A stretch of 64,000 nucleotides of DNA, from positions 5,088,001 through 5,152,000 of the forward strand of contig OZ242195.1 in NCBI GenBank assembly GCA_965205975.1. The letters run 5' to 3'. The notes below the pieces were generated by a model. The model did no database searches. It saw only the letters and a program-made list of their open reading frames with translations, and had not been told where the DNA came from. Made by a program: the position numbers and the translations under genes. Shown in pieces: positions 9,567 through 19,852 of this stretch (position 1 is its first letter; each line of letters opens with the position of its first letter). This stretch comes from Candidatus Latescibacterota bacterium. Lineage in GTDB: Bacteria; Latescibacterota; UBA2968.

Positions 9567-10457
9567 TTACCCTTTCTTATTCGTTTCTTGTGATAGTGTA
9601 GCCAAAAGCGTTGGTTCCACACTCTGCATATGCAAATCTCGCTGCGGGAATGGAATCGTAATATTTCGCTCTCGAAATGCCCGGACGATTGCAAAATTTA
9701 AATCGCTAATCACAAAATACTGGCGGGGTGGATTCTCAATCCAAACCAGCAGATCAAAATTCAGAGAACTATCGCCAAAGCCCAGAAATTGCATCTGCGG
9801 CTCGGGATCGGACAAAACCTCTGGATGCGCTCGCCCCACTTCCAGCAGTGTCTCTGCGACCAGTTCCACATCAGCACCGTAAGACACACCCACAGATGCG
9901 TGAATACGTACTTTTGACCCTTGAAAGCTCCAGTTTGTGACATTTTCAGATAGAAATTTTGAATTGGGCACAATAATCGTCACATTATCCAGGGTCTCGA
10001 CCTTTGTGCTATATGCATTGACCGCCTGTACAGTGCCTTGCACGCCGCCCACCTCCACAAAATCTCCCTCCTGCACGGGGCGCTCAAATAACATAATGAG
10101 TCCGCTGATAAAATTGTGGGTAATAGTTTGCAATCCCAGACCAATCCCCACCAACAATACCGCACTAACTGCTGCCAATGTCGTCAGATTAATCCCGGTA
10201 TATTCTATGGCGATAAATACGCCGATGCACATGGTAACAATGTGCAATAGACGACAGATAGCAGACTGCGAACCCTTATTCATGTGTATCCGTTCAAACA
10301 CATTGCGCCGCAACATCCGCTGCAACAACCGCGATATACCATAAGCAATGAGGATAATCAGCGTAGCCGTCAGCAAAATGGCTGGCGTTATTTCTATTTC
10401 GCCAAAAGAAACGATTGGTTCCTCAATTACCGTGCGTAAATTATCCCAGGGATTCAT
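9567..10457 (-). CDS. MscS family mechanosensitive channel (MscK-core-like)
   Basis: GIGLGLQ..NFISGLIMLFERPVQEGD, VPNSKF...VTNWS, FGDSSLNF, IPFPQRDLH. Confidence 0.93.
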   Translation of the reverse strand: MNPWDNLRTVIEEPIVSFGEIEITPAILLTATLIILIAYGISRLLQRMLRRNVFERIHMNKGSQSAICRLLHIVTMCIGVFIAIEYTGINLTTLAAVSAVLLVGIGLGLQTITHNFISGLIMLFERPVQEGDFVEVGGVQGTVQAVNAYSTKVETLDNVTIIVPNSKFLSENVTNWSFQGSKVRIHASVGVSYGADVELVAETLLEVGRAHPEVLSDPEPQMQFLGFGDSSLNFDLLVWIENPPRQYFVISDLNFAIVRAFRERNITIPFPQRDLHMQSVEPTLLATLSQETNKKG

Positions 10458-10459
10458 AC

Positions 10460-12436
10460 TTAATCCTCCCGAACCAATACAATAAGATCATCCGATTCAC
10501 TCAGTATATACGGCTCATCACGCGTCGGATTGAGCACAACCCCGCTGTTTTGGAAGCGAATACCCAGCGCGATTTCGCCCCGACATGCCGACATTTCCTG
10601 GAGTTCTCCAAAATTCACATTTTGACCTGCTATGCCGTAATCCAAAACCCGGCGAAAGAAAATCTCTGCACCACCGACAGTAAATAACTCTTCATAAACG
10701 ACATTGATCTCTCGACGCAACGCAACCTGTGCCAGCACGTGGCTTGCAATCAGGGGCGTAATCAATACCTCGCTGTCGTAATCTTCAAACATCGCCACAT
10801 TGTCGGAATCCAGCAAATCGACCAGAATTTCTGGTTTATGCGTACCCTCATCCAGCACATTTCTCAGCACCAGATGCACCACAATCGTCCGCGCATCTGA
10901 TTCTTCCTGTGTTTCCACCCGATCACTGCCTAAAATCACCACATTGTCATACCTATCTGGCTCCATTTCTCTTAAATTTGATAGCGAAGTGGTCTCTCCT
11001 TCGCGATGGGTGATAGCCACGCGGCGCAGATCAATGCCTTTTTGTTCTATCTCTGCTTCTCTTTCCGCCAAAGGTACAAGAGACAAAACCGAGATCTCAA
11101 ACTGTTCATCAATCTGTCGGTCGAACTCTTTGAGTAATTCCACTGCTTTGTGATTCCATCCCAAAATTAAGACGCGCCGTTTGCCCTTTTCCTTAACATA
11201 GGGCATTTCCTGAAATTTACGCGATACGCGTTCTATCTGATAATTTCTCAGTGGTTCACAGTCCCGGTGATTTTCTGCCAAAAAGACCAGCCGGTCTTCT
11301 GATTCCAAAATCAGATCCTCGGGTGGATTGAGCAGGGGGTAAAATGACTCACCCTGGGGACGCACTACGCCCAGCAAAATCGCTTTGGAATACGCACCTG
11401 ATAGATCGCCAAAACGAGACCCCGTAAACTGTTTGGAGGTGTGAATATAGATCTCATTGCCAACCCCGTGCGACAAAATCTCGTGGAACACATGCGACAA
11501 TCCCGGATGACGCACATTTTGCGCCATACATCGCGTAATAAAAACATCGCTCGCCAAAATTTCTAAAATGCCTCTATATGCCCGCTTTGCCATATCCACT
11601 TTGTCGGAATCGAAAATTTCTGTCACCAGTAAAGGTAGAGTTTCTTTGGCATCCCGCTTCTCGCCCTGATTCGATATCGACATCAGTGTTTTTATAATGC
11701 GCATATCCGATTCATCCGCACTGCCATAAGCAAAATCTGCACCGGGCAAAATAATGGCACTCGCATTTTTGAAATCCACGCGCTCCAGATGTTCTATCCG
11801 CAGAGGTATCCCCGACCGAAAAGTGATCTTCTTGGGATTCCACAGAGAACCCAGTGCCCTCCGCAATTCCATTGTGCGCTCCAGGCTCACGTCTTCGGAA
11901 AGAATTACCACGTGTAATCCGCGCGCACCGAGCAGTTGTAAAAACCGACGCACGCGACCTTCGGCGCGCATCAACTCGCTGACAATTTCAGAAGTGCGAT
12001 TGGTCCATCCCAAAATCAAAATGTGATTGCGACGCACAATGGGCGTAAGCCCGCGTTCAAAATTGCGGATCGTCTGATTGAGCCACTGCGTCATGATCGC
12101 GATCAACGACCCCATAAAAAGCACGTATCCAAGCACCGTTACCACCGTTGAGATCACGCGGCGGGGAATCCCTTCGTCATCTCCCAAATAACCCGGATCG
12201 GTCAAACGCAAAAAAGCCCACCAGATGGCTGTCTCGTGATCATCAAAAGGCGCGTCCGTTTCCTGAACCAGCAAACCACCACCAATGGCGACCAGCCCGA
12301 CCAGCGAGGCGATGAACAGCAGGTGAAAGTGGACGCCCAGCAACAACAATCGCTCAACGCGAAATTTCAGATAATTTTTTATTCGCGCAAACGGGTCAGT
12401 AGTTCGCGATCGCAATTTTAAAAAAAGATTTTCCAT
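10460..12436 (-). CDS. CASTOR/POLLUX (DMI1)-like ion channel with RCK domains
   Basis: WWAFLRLTDPGYLGDD pore, HILILGW and RVLILGWN RCK motifs, ESDARTI, GAEIFF. Confidence 0.85.
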   Translation of the reverse strand: MENLFLKLRSRTTDPFARIKNYLKFRVERLLLLGVHFHLLFIASLVGLVAIGGGLLVQETDAPFDDHETAIWWAFLRLTDPGYLGDDEGIPRRVISTVVTVLGYVLFMGSLIAIMTQWLNQTIRNFERGLTPIVRRNHILILGWTNRTSEIVSELMRAEGRVRRFLQLLGARGLHVVILSEDVSLERTMELRRALGSLWNPKKITFRSGIPLRIEHLERVDFKNASAIILPGADFAYGSADESDMRIIKTLMSISNQGEKRDAKETLPLLVTEIFDSDKVDMAKRAYRGILEILASDVFITRCMAQNVRHPGLSHVFHEILSHGVGNEIYIHTSKQFTGSRFGDLSGAYSKAILLGVVRPQGESFYPLLNPPEDLILESEDRLVFLAENHRDCEPLRNYQIERVSRKFQEMPYVKEKGKRRVLILGWNHKAVELLKEFDRQIDEQFEISVLSLVPLAEREAEIEQKGIDLRRVAITHREGETTSLSNLREMEPDRYDNVVILGSDRVETQEESDARTIVVHLVLRNVLDEGTHKPEILVDLLDSDNVAMFEDYDSEVLITPLIASHVLAQVALRREINVVYEELFTVGGAEIFFRRVLDYGIAGQNVNFGELQEMSACRGEIALGIRFQNSGVVLNPTRDEPYILSESDDLIVLVRED

Positions 12437-12452
12437 ACAGCCACCTTGTCAA

Positions 12453-13286
12453 TTACTCATCAGCAACATCCGTAAAACGCACATCAGACGGTATGAGCTT
12501 GCGTCTGGACAATTCCTTTTTAATACGACTGGTAAGATCAGTGGCGAAACTGTTCTCGTAGCGCGTGTCAAATACGTACGCTTTTACCACGAGATGTGTC
12601 AGATGCGTCTCTTCAAATTTGTCCTTGACATTGACCACCACTGGCTTTTTAAGATATGCGAGCCTGGATGTAAGCACGGCTTCGCGAGCCACATCCTCAA
12701 TCTCTTTCAAGCCAGCCCGCGCTGGCAGGTATATATCTACAACGACCTGGCAATCGAGATTCCCGGCATTGGTGTTCGACACGCCAGAGGTCAGCAATGT
12801 GGAATTCGGCACGGTGACGAGAGAATCATCAATCGTCTGTAACTTCGTACTGCGCAGACCAATCGACACGACTTCGCCGTAATAAGAGCCTACGGTCACG
12901 CGATCGCCGATTTGGAAGGACCGGTCAAACAGTACAACAATACCACCAATAAGATCATTGAGAAGATCTTTCGCGGCAAGCCCAAGTGCCAGAGCGATTG
13001 ACCCCAACAGGGCGAGCAGGGTATTTTGTTCGGGTGCGATAATAACGATAGAATAATAAATCGCAACCCCGTAAATACCGATACGCAGCAGGGGCTGGAC
13101 GCGCTTGAATAGCAAGCGATGTGAAGGAAATCGGTTGGCTCCAAAATCCAACGCGAGGCGAATGAGTGTTGTCACCGCATAAGCTATCGCAATCACCAGC
13201 AGGACAGACAGTATTTTAGCGGCGTTAATGTGTAAGCCACCGCTTCCCGTGAGTTGTTCGAGAGGTGAAGTATCCATGATGCTCAA
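12453..13286 (-). CDS. MscS family mechanosensitive channel (alternative ATG start at 13277)
   Basis: GLAAKDLLNDLIGG..DRSFQIGDRV..GEVVSIGLRST..VTVPNS. Confidence 0.9.
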   Translation of the reverse strand: MSIMDTSPLEQLTGSGGLHINAAKILSVLLVIAIAYAVTTLIRLALDFGANRFPSHRLLFKRVQPLLRIGIYGVAIYYSIVIIAPEQNTLLALLGSIALALGLAAKDLLNDLIGGIVVLFDRSFQIGDRVTVGSYYGEVVSIGLRSTKLQTIDDSLVTVPNSTLLTSGVSNTNAGNLDCQVVVDIYLPARAGLKEIEDVAREAVLTSRLAYLKKPVVVNVKDKFEETHLTHLVVKAYVFDTRYENSFATDLTSRIKKELSRRKLIPSDVRFTDVADE

Positions 13287-13300
13287 ATTCCTGTTTTAGA

Positions 13301-15802
13301 TCACAAGAGGCCGCGTCCTTCCAGCATTTCCTCTACGGCTTTCAAACCAATGGGATTAATGCGAAAACGCGTCGATTCCTGATCAAACTCGAGAATATTG
13401 TCGTTCCACAGGATCTCGAGTTCCAGTCTGGTCTGGATGAGGTCTTTGTCGAGTATTGATGATAGTTCAGCGGCAGTAAGATTGTCGTGCTGTAACACCG
13501 CGATCAGAATAAATGCCTGTTCAAGCGAGAAATTGCGCACAATTCCGAGGTCAATCTCACTGACGGGATTAACCAGGAGGAGGTCGCTTTCCGAAAGCTC
13601 GAGTGACCGCAACCAATACAGGAGGGCGACAGAAATATTCTCCTCACTGATCTCCGCCAGATTTTTGAAATAGATCTGGGACAGCACTTCCTGAACAGCC
13701 GGATCTTCTGGTCGGTGCCAGCGGTGCACGCGCCGGCGCACGGTTTTTTCCAATTCCTTGTTTGTCGCGTAACGCAGGCGGTAGCCACTCTGGTTGTGAC
13801 GCTGCATCAGAAGCATTTGAAGTTCTGCAGGCTGCCAACTCTGAATCCCGACCTCAAAGTGAAATAGGCGATTCAGGGGGAGCCACAGACCGAGATAGCC
13901 GCGCGTATGCTGGTCGAGAGAAATACCCCAGAGTATGTGGTGGTTGGTACGCGCGATGAGCCAGAGCAGGTGTTGGATTGCATCCAGATCACCGATACAT
14001 TTGAAAAACAGATTGTGACACCCTTCGAGTATCACAGCCCGTCGCGGTCCTTGCAACAATTTCAGAGATAGGTCGTCAAAGCTCCCTGCATCTTCTATCT
14101 CAAGAACATTTGCCAGATAGGATACCAGTTCAGGCGCGGTCGTCATCTTGCACTCAATTGCGGACAGGGTTACGACCGAAGCGTCATCGAACAGTCGCGA
14201 GACAGCAATATTCAACAACGTCGTTTTGCCCGCACCCCGTTGTCCGAATAAAATGAAGGAGGACGTAAGACCATCTTCCCAGCGCTGAATCGCCTGTTCA
14301 ATAGTCGCCAACTCTTCATCAAATCCGACAAATAACGCCTCGTCATTCAAAGAATCAAAAGCGAAATGAACCGTGTAATCTTCTGGCAGCCCGAGATATT
14401 TGATCGACTCCAGATTGGCTTTGTCGAGTGCCAGACGGACTTCGCGCTCGGCCGGTGCCATTAAGCCCAGGCGACGCAACACGGGTTTTACGATGCCAGA
14501 GGCGGCATTGAATAGCACGATTGCCTGTACTCGGAGAAATGACAACAGGCGCAGCACTACCTGTCTGCACGCTCTCAAGACGGTTGAAGTAATCTGACGC
14601 CCGAATCGTCCGAGTTTTGCAAGATAGAACGCAATCCGACCATAACGGGCAGCGTCCTGACCGATCAGTTCCAACCGCTCCTGGTGCTCGCATTCGAGTT
14701 CCCACAGCAGCGACTCCCACGCCATTCGGGTATAGTCGTTGAGGTCCCTCAATCGATTGATCGCGCGATTGAATCCCATCTGAACATCGGGCGACAGTAC
14801 ATCGTCTCCCTGCGACAGGCCACTCTCAACTGTGTTGATCGCGTACCTGAACGTACTGAACACGCTGTCCACGCCTTCGAGCGATCCTTCAATACGGATT
14901 TTTTCGAATTGCTGGTACGCAGTATCGGCCCTGTTTTCCAGACCGCTGAAATGGGCAGAGCCAATCTGGCGTAATGGAACAAGCCGGTAGCTCGTTCGAT
15001 TTTTCCAATTCAGATCGTGTACATAACTGACCTTTTCCGGTAGATTGTCAAAAACAGAGGAGGAATTTTGGAATGCGGCCTGGTTTAATACCTCCACCTC
15101 GGCCAGATTATTGGAATTGCTCAAATCCGCACGAAGCGAGTCGAAAATGTCTTGCACGGTTTCGCGTATCTGAGGAAGTGACTCTTGCAGGGCCTGAGGA
15201 CGACGGCGTAGCTGGATTGATACATCTTGTTGTATTCTTCGCAACTGTTCAACTGTAGATCCCGTGCGCTGACGGACGGCGTGCAGGTCTTTCTCCTGCT
15301 GCACACGCACTGCCTGGCGCACCTCAGATAGTTGGCGTCGGATGTTTCCAATGGCTGCCCTGTAGCCTGTGACCTCTTCTGGAGGCTCGGCGTAGTTATG
15401 AGTGAGACTAATGAGATCGATCAATCTCGGGCAGCGCAGCAGGCGCAGAAACCGCAGATCGAACGACACGATGGAAAAGAAAAAATTCAGAATGACGATG
15501 AGATCGGCGATCTGTAGCGGACGAAGTCCAAAACGCAACCGAGCGGACAGGTGTGTTCCCCCAGCTACATGGACGGACCACATACGCGCCAGATATTCGA
15601 CAATTAGCAAACCGATAAATAGCCATTCGAACCAGTAAGAATAATAGAGAAAATAAAAATGCAGAATGTCGTTACCCGGCCACCACTCGAACCGCTGCAG
15701 ATACGCCATGAGGGTTTTCGGCCACCAGATATCGAGGCATTGAACACCCGTATTAAAGAGCACAAGAACGAGTATCGCCCAGTTGATCCGCCGGCTGAAC
15801 AA
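13301..15802 (-). CDS. Voltage-sensor-like (S1-S4) membrane domain + coiled coil + P-loop NTPase fusion; native 5' end separated by an IS4 insertion
   Basis: EYLARMW (S2), PLQIADLIVIL (S3), LRFLRLLRCPR (S4); FVGFDEEL, GQRGAGKTT Walker A, AVILEGCHNLF; no GYG pore. Confidence 0.7.
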   Translation of the reverse strand: MFSRRINWAILVLVLFNTGVQCLDIWWPKTLMAYLQRFEWWPGNDILHFYFLYYSYWFEWLFIGLLIVEYLARMWSVHVAGGTHLSARLRFGLRPLQIADLIVILNFFFSIVSFDLRFLRLLRCPRLIDLISLTHNYAEPPEEVTGYRAAIGNIRRQLSEVRQAVRVQQEKDLHAVRQRTGSTVEQLRRIQQDVSIQLRRRPQALQESLPQIRETVQDIFDSLRADLSNSNNLAEVEVLNQAAFQNSSSVFDNLPEKVSYVHDLNWKNRTSYRLVPLRQIGSAHFSGLENRADTAYQQFEKIRIEGSLEGVDSVFSTFRYAINTVESGLSQGDDVLSPDVQMGFNRAINRLRDLNDYTRMAWESLLWELECEHQERLELIGQDAARYGRIAFYLAKLGRFGRQITSTVLRACRQVVLRLLSFLRVQAIVLFNAASGIVKPVLRRLGLMAPAEREVRLALDKANLESIKYLGLPEDYTVHFAFDSLNDEALFVGFDEELATIEQAIQRWEDGLTSSFILFGQRGAGKTTLLNIAVSRLFDDASVVTLSAIECKMTTAPELVSYLANVLEIEDAGSFDDLSLKLLQGPRRAVILEGCHNLFFKCIGDLDAIQHLLWLIARTNHHILWGISLDQHTRGYLGLWLPLNRLFHFEVGIQSWQPAELQMLLMQRHNQSGYRLRYATNKELEKTVRRRVHRWHRPEDPAVQEVLSQIYFKNLAEISEENISVALLYWLRSLELSESDLLLVNPVSEIDLGIVRNFSLEQAFILIAVLQHDNLTAAELSSILDKDLIQTRLELEILWNDNILEFDQESTRFRINPIGLKAVEEMLEGRGLL

Positions 15803-15857
15803 GTCGCCAGGACCGGCGATTTCGAGAATTTCGTATGTTCGATTTTTTATTTTTTTT

Positions 15858-17060
15858 TATAGTACACGACAAAACCTAAATGGTGTTACAAAGTGGCGGA
15901 TTCCTCAGTAAACGAATGCATTTGTGGAACTGTTGGTATTGCTGGTTTATATTGAGGAGGACATACTGCAAATAGTCCAACCCATATCGGAAGAGACTTT
16001 TCTCCATGCGCCCGTGGTTTTTAACCTTCAAAGGATTTGTTTTTGCGATCCATTCGCCGATGATATGCGCCCAAGTGCAGGCGATAGCCAAAAGCGCGAT
16101 GAGTTTTTCAATGCGGTCTTGATGTATGAGGTGGGTTTCTTCCAGATTAAATCCTCGACTTTTAAGATTTGCAAAAAGGACTTCAATGCCCCAGCGTTCT
16201 TTATAGGTATCCAATGCGGCTTGACCTTGTTGGTGTTGGTTGCTGGCAAGGATGAGGTATTGATCCTTTAATCTTATTGCAGACAGATACACAGGTAGGT
16301 CATAAACGCGGCAGGGTCTTTGTAGGCTGACCTGCTGATGGCTGTGCAAATTTTCAAAGCGTTTTTTTATGGGAATCTCTCGACCTGCCCTTGAGACAAG
16401 GGCATTTTCCTTGATGCGGATGACAAAAGGGATGTCTTGTGTATGTAGCCACCTAAACCATTCTCTTCCAATAAATTCTCTGTCTGCGACGACAACGCGG
16501 ATATGAGACTTGGGAATGCGCGTAAGCACCTGTTTCATCAACTCAATGCGTTCATCACTATTGGAATTGCCTCGTTTTGGCAACAGCATCCAACAGATAG
16601 GAAAGGCGACCCCTTCATAGATTATGCCTGCGGTTAGGATGTTGATATTGAATTTTCCTAACTTCCAATTGGTGCGATCTATTGAGACTGTAAAATCGGT
16701 CTTGATGGGTAATAAGTGTAAGATCAGTCGCGTCACGGCTTCATAAGGGATGTCAAACTCAGCGAAAAAACGCTGTATCCTGCGGTAATTTGACTGCGGT
16801 TTGACCTGTCCATTTAGCGCATTGGCCAGCTTAGTGAAGTTGACCGTGCTCAGCTTGACCAACGACAAGATGAAGGCCGCTTTGAAGGTTAGGCGTGCTT
16901 TATGCCACCCAAAATGGCCTTGCAGTATAGCGCGAAGTTGTATAACTTGAGGAGACATAGACCTGTGCCTTGTTGAGATGAGAAGGTTCGTTTTCACACA
17001 TTCAAACCTAACTCTTTTTCACTCTTTGCACAGGTCTTTTATTTTTTGTCGTGTACTTTA
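15858..17060 (-). mobile_element. IS4-family insertion sequence
   Basis: Terminal inverted repeats AGTACACGACAAAA (15861-15874) and TTTTGTCGTGTACT (17044-17057); candidate 9-bp target duplication ATTTTTTTT (15849-15857 and 17061-17069). Confidence 0.88.
15876..16997 (-). CDS. IS4-family DDE transposase (alternative ATG start at 16958)
   Basis: IDRTNWK, ADREF and the YREK-type motif YKERWGIEVLFANLK. Confidence 0.93.
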   Translation of the reverse strand: MKTNLLISTRHRSMSPQVIQLRAILQGHFGWHKARLTFKAAFILSLVKLSTVNFTKLANALNGQVKPQSNYRRIQRFFAEFDIPYEAVTRLILHLLPIKTDFTVSIDRTNWKLGKFNINILTAGIIYEGVAFPICWMLLPKRGNSNSDERIELMKQVLTRIPKSHIRVVVADREFIGREWFRWLHTQDIPFVIRIKENALVSRAGREIPIKKRFENLHSHQQVSLQRPCRVYDLPVYLSAIRLKDQYLILASNQHQQGQAALDTYKERWGIEVLFANLKSRGFNLEETHLIHQDRIEKLIALLAIACTWAHIIGEWIAKTNPLKVKNHGRMEKSLFRYGLDYLQYVLLNINQQYQQFHKCIRLLRNPPLCNTI

Positions 17061-17094
17061 ATTTTTTTTATATAATCGATCATAAATTAATCCA

Positions 17095-17197
17095 CTGGAC
17101 GCCTGCTTAAAACATGCAGAGCCTGCCCCTGCATGCCTTAAGCAGGGGCGTGACGAGCGACGGTTGTCATTGCGGCATGGTGTAAGCCGCAATCCAG
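17095..17197. repeat. Palindromic repeat doublet including a TTGTCATTGCGGCATG..AGCCGCAATCCAG copy
   Basis: The copy at 17164-17197 is near-identical to 33762-33796 and to the reverse complement of 37773-37808; an adjacent hairpin CCTGCTTAA..TTAAGCAGG is present. Confidence 0.7.
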
Positions 17198-17239
17198 CCC
17201 ATCAAAAAAATATATCAGCGAATTTTTTTGACAGACCAC

Positions 17240-18199
17240 TTAGTGTGTAGCCATCTCCGTCGCCAGATGCAGAACCGCATCGCCGCGATGCACCAGAGGC
17301 GATATGGTCCGTCCGATCACGAGGCCATCTCGCGGCGCTGTCAAATTCAGGGTGCTGCTGCCAAAAGGATCGGAAATGTCACCCAATTTCTGTCGCCTTG
17401 TGACCTGCTCTCCCATTGACACATCCAACTGCAAAATGCCACTTTGCCGCGCCCGAACCCAGGTCGTGCGCGTAACTTCGACCGAGGGCGCAACATCTGG
17501 TGCGATGGGTTCTGCGAGCATGTCCAGTGCCCACATTACTCTCAAAACGCCATTCACGCCCATTTCAATCGCGCTTTCGTTGAACCGCATGGGTTCGCCC
17601 CCTTCGTACAACAAAAGCGGAATGCCTCGCCCTGTCGCTACCCGACGCAGCGATCCTGCAGGACTGGTGCTATCGACCAGCACGGGCGCGGCAAATGCCT
17701 CGGCCACGCGCCGCGTTTCCGCATCTTTCAAATTTGCGCGTATTTGGGGCAAATTTGTTCGCGGCGGTGCTGCTGTGTGCAAGTCGATTCCGTGCGTACA
17801 CCGATAGACTACTTCGTTCGAGAAGATATGCGCCAACCGCGACGCCAGAGAACCGCGCGATGATCCGGGAAAGGATCGATTCAAATCGCGCCGATCGGGC
17901 AAATAGCGCGACTCGTACACAAAGCCAAAGACATTGATAATGGGCACAGCTACCAGTGTGCCCCTCATATTCTCGACCTGTACGTTTTCCAAAACCCGCC
18001 GAATAATTTCAATCCCATTGATCTCATCGCCGTGTAGTGCTGCACCAACAAATAGCCGGGGTCCCGCTTCCCGGCCGTGTAGCACTTCCACGGGAATCGT
18101 CATCTGGGTATGCGTGTAAAGCATAGCCAGCGGAATTTCGATATTCCTGCGCGTTCCCGGCGCAACGTTTGTTCCGCTAATTTCAAATGCCTCGCGCAT
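17240..18199 (-). CDS. Succinylglutamate desuccinylase/aspartoacylase family protein (M14-like)
   Basis: AALHGDEINGIE, DLNRSFPG, IDLHT, YEGGE; adjacent to rimK. Confidence 0.92.
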   Translation of the reverse strand: MREAFEISGTNVAPGTRRNIEIPLAMLYTHTQMTIPVEVLHGREAGPRLFVGAALHGDEINGIEIIRRVLENVQVENMRGTLVAVPIINVFGFVYESRYLPDRRDLNRSFPGSSRGSLASRLAHIFSNEVVYRCTHGIDLHTAAPPRTNLPQIRANLKDAETRRVAEAFAAPVLVDSTSPAGSLRRVATGRGIPLLLYEGGEPMRFNESAIEMGVNGVLRVMWALDMLAEPIAPDVAPSVEVTRTTWVRARQSGILQLDVSMGEQVTRRQKLGDISDPFGSSTLNLTAPRDGLVIGRTISPLVHRGDAVLHLATEMATH

Positions 18200-19102
18200 C
18201 TATCCTCTCCCACGCGTGCGTGTTCTTCCACGCTTAGTGTTCTTTTCCAAAAACGCAATAATCAAGTCCGCAACATCGATATTCGTCGCTTTTTCGATCC
18301 CCTCGAGACCGGGAGAAGTATTGACTTCCATCACCAGAGGTCCGTGATTTGACCGCAAAATATCCACGCCGGCAATATTCAAGCCCATTATCTTGGCCGC
18401 GCGCACCGCTGTTGACCGTTCTTCGGGTGTAATGCGAATCATTTCAGCAGAGCCGCCGCGATGCAGATTCGACCGAAATTCTCCGGGTTCTGCCCGGCGC
18501 ATCATTGACGCCACCACGCGCCCGCCAACCACCAGACAACGAATATCCGTGCCCCCGGCTTCCTTGATAAATTCCTGTACCAGGATATTCGCGTCTAAAC
18601 CGCGAAATGCCTCGATCACACTTTCGGCCGCAGAATCCGTTTCGGCGAGCACCACGCCAATTCCCTGTGTGCCTTCCAGCAGCTTGATCACGAGCGGCGC
18701 ACCACCCACAATATTGAGCAAGCCTTCGATATCTTTTGTCGAATGGGCAAATCCAGTCACGGGCAATCCAACGCCTTCTGCCGCCAGCAATTGCAGGGAG
18801 CGCAATTTGTCGCGCGCTCTGGTAATCGCCTGCGATTCATTGGCGGGAAACACCCCCATCATTTCAAATTGTCTGACGACCGCTGTCCCGTAAAAGGTGT
18901 ACGACGCGCCAATACGCGGAATCACTGTGTCAAAATCCAGTGATTCGCCTCGAAAAATCACGGATGGTCGATGGGATGTAATATTCATATAAAGCCGCGC
19001 ATAATCCACAACGCGTGCCTCATGGCCTCTTTCTATGGCCGCTTCTTTGAGACGCCGCGTCGAATACAAGTTTGGACCTCGCGATAAAATTCCAATTTTC
19101 AT
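18200..19102 (-). CDS. rimK: RimK alpha-L-glutamate ligase (ATP-grasp)
   Basis: [48 protein letters not shown]. Confidence 0.95.
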   Translation of the reverse strand: MKIGILSRGPNLYSTRRLKEAAIERGHEARVVDYARLYMNITSHRPSVIFRGESLDFDTVIPRIGASYTFYGTAVVRQFEMMGVFPANESQAITRARDKLRSLQLLAAEGVGLPVTGFAHSTKDIEGLLNIVGGAPLVIKLLEGTQGIGVVLAETDSAAESVIEAFRGLDANILVQEFIKEAGGTDIRCLVVGGRVVASMMRRAEPGEFRSNLHRGGSAEMIRITPEERSTAVRAAKIMGLNIAGVDILRSNHGPLVMEVNTSPGLEGIEKATNIDVADLIIAFLEKNTKRGRTRTRGRG

Positions 19103-19112
19103 ACTTATCTCC

Positions 19113-19568
19113 TTAAGTTTGGTTTTTGGCGGGATACGCCGTTCGGAATGAACGACCAGGATCTACTATAAATCGGCCTCTGAGGGCATGGCGTCCCAAC
19201 AACATCCGAAAGCCCATTTCATCTCGGCTGGTCAATGTCAGCTCAATTTCCCAATCGCGATTGTGCATTCGCATCATAGTGCGGATCACGGGACGCCTTT
19301 CTACCTTGCCATTAGAACTTCTTATCTGGCGATCTCCAATCACCTCCGCTTCGACTTCCACCGCCTGGCGAGCGGTGCGCTGTATGGGTTGAATCTCAAA
19401 ACGCACCATCCGCTTGCCTCGCCGCCGAAACCGCTTCAGATTAAATGCGTGCAATGCAGATGACCGCGCACCCGTATCGATTTTTGCCTTGATTGCTTCG
19501 ACATTGAAATCGGGCAATGCCACCCACTCGCGCCACCCTATGATCCATATCGGTTCACGCTGTGTCAC
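19113..19568 (-). CDS. RimK-associated retropepsin-like protease (RimB / 'ATP-dependent zinc protease' family)
   Basis: [36 protein letters not shown] start at 19568 with a GGAGG RBS; the ORF track starts earlier, at 19670. Confidence 0.88.
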   Translation of the reverse strand: MTQREPIWIIGWREWVALPDFNVEAIKAKIDTGARSSALHAFNLKRFRRRGKRMVRFEIQPIQRTARQAVEVEAEVIGDRQIRSSNGKVERRPVIRTMMRMHNRDWEIELTLTSRDEMGFRMLLGRHALRGRFIVDPGRSFRTAYPAKNQT

Positions 19569-19670
19569 AGTTCCTCCATGAATTTTACAGACGCTTTCTA
19601 CAATGAACCCCGATCTTGAATTAGTCCCTAAATAACCTGCTATGCGTCTCTCTGTCAAGCGTTTGTACAC

Positions 19671-19706
19671 AAAAGCCCCGGACGTTATCTAACGCCCAAG
19701 GCTTCT
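19671..19706 (-). terminator. Probable rho-independent terminator after the barrel gene
   Basis: Minus strand reads AAGCCTTGGGCGTT-AGAT-AACGTCCGGGGCTTTT. Confidence 0.6.
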
Positions 19707-19852
19707 ATTCATTGGTGGTCACAGCGTCACGCATATATTCTAAACACAGTATCGGTTGGAGCCACCCATTCCCCGCTTATGTTACCACAGTGAGGGTATA
19801 TGGGCGACTCCGACCTTGTCGCAGCATGCTCGATCAATATTCGGGCGGTTTT

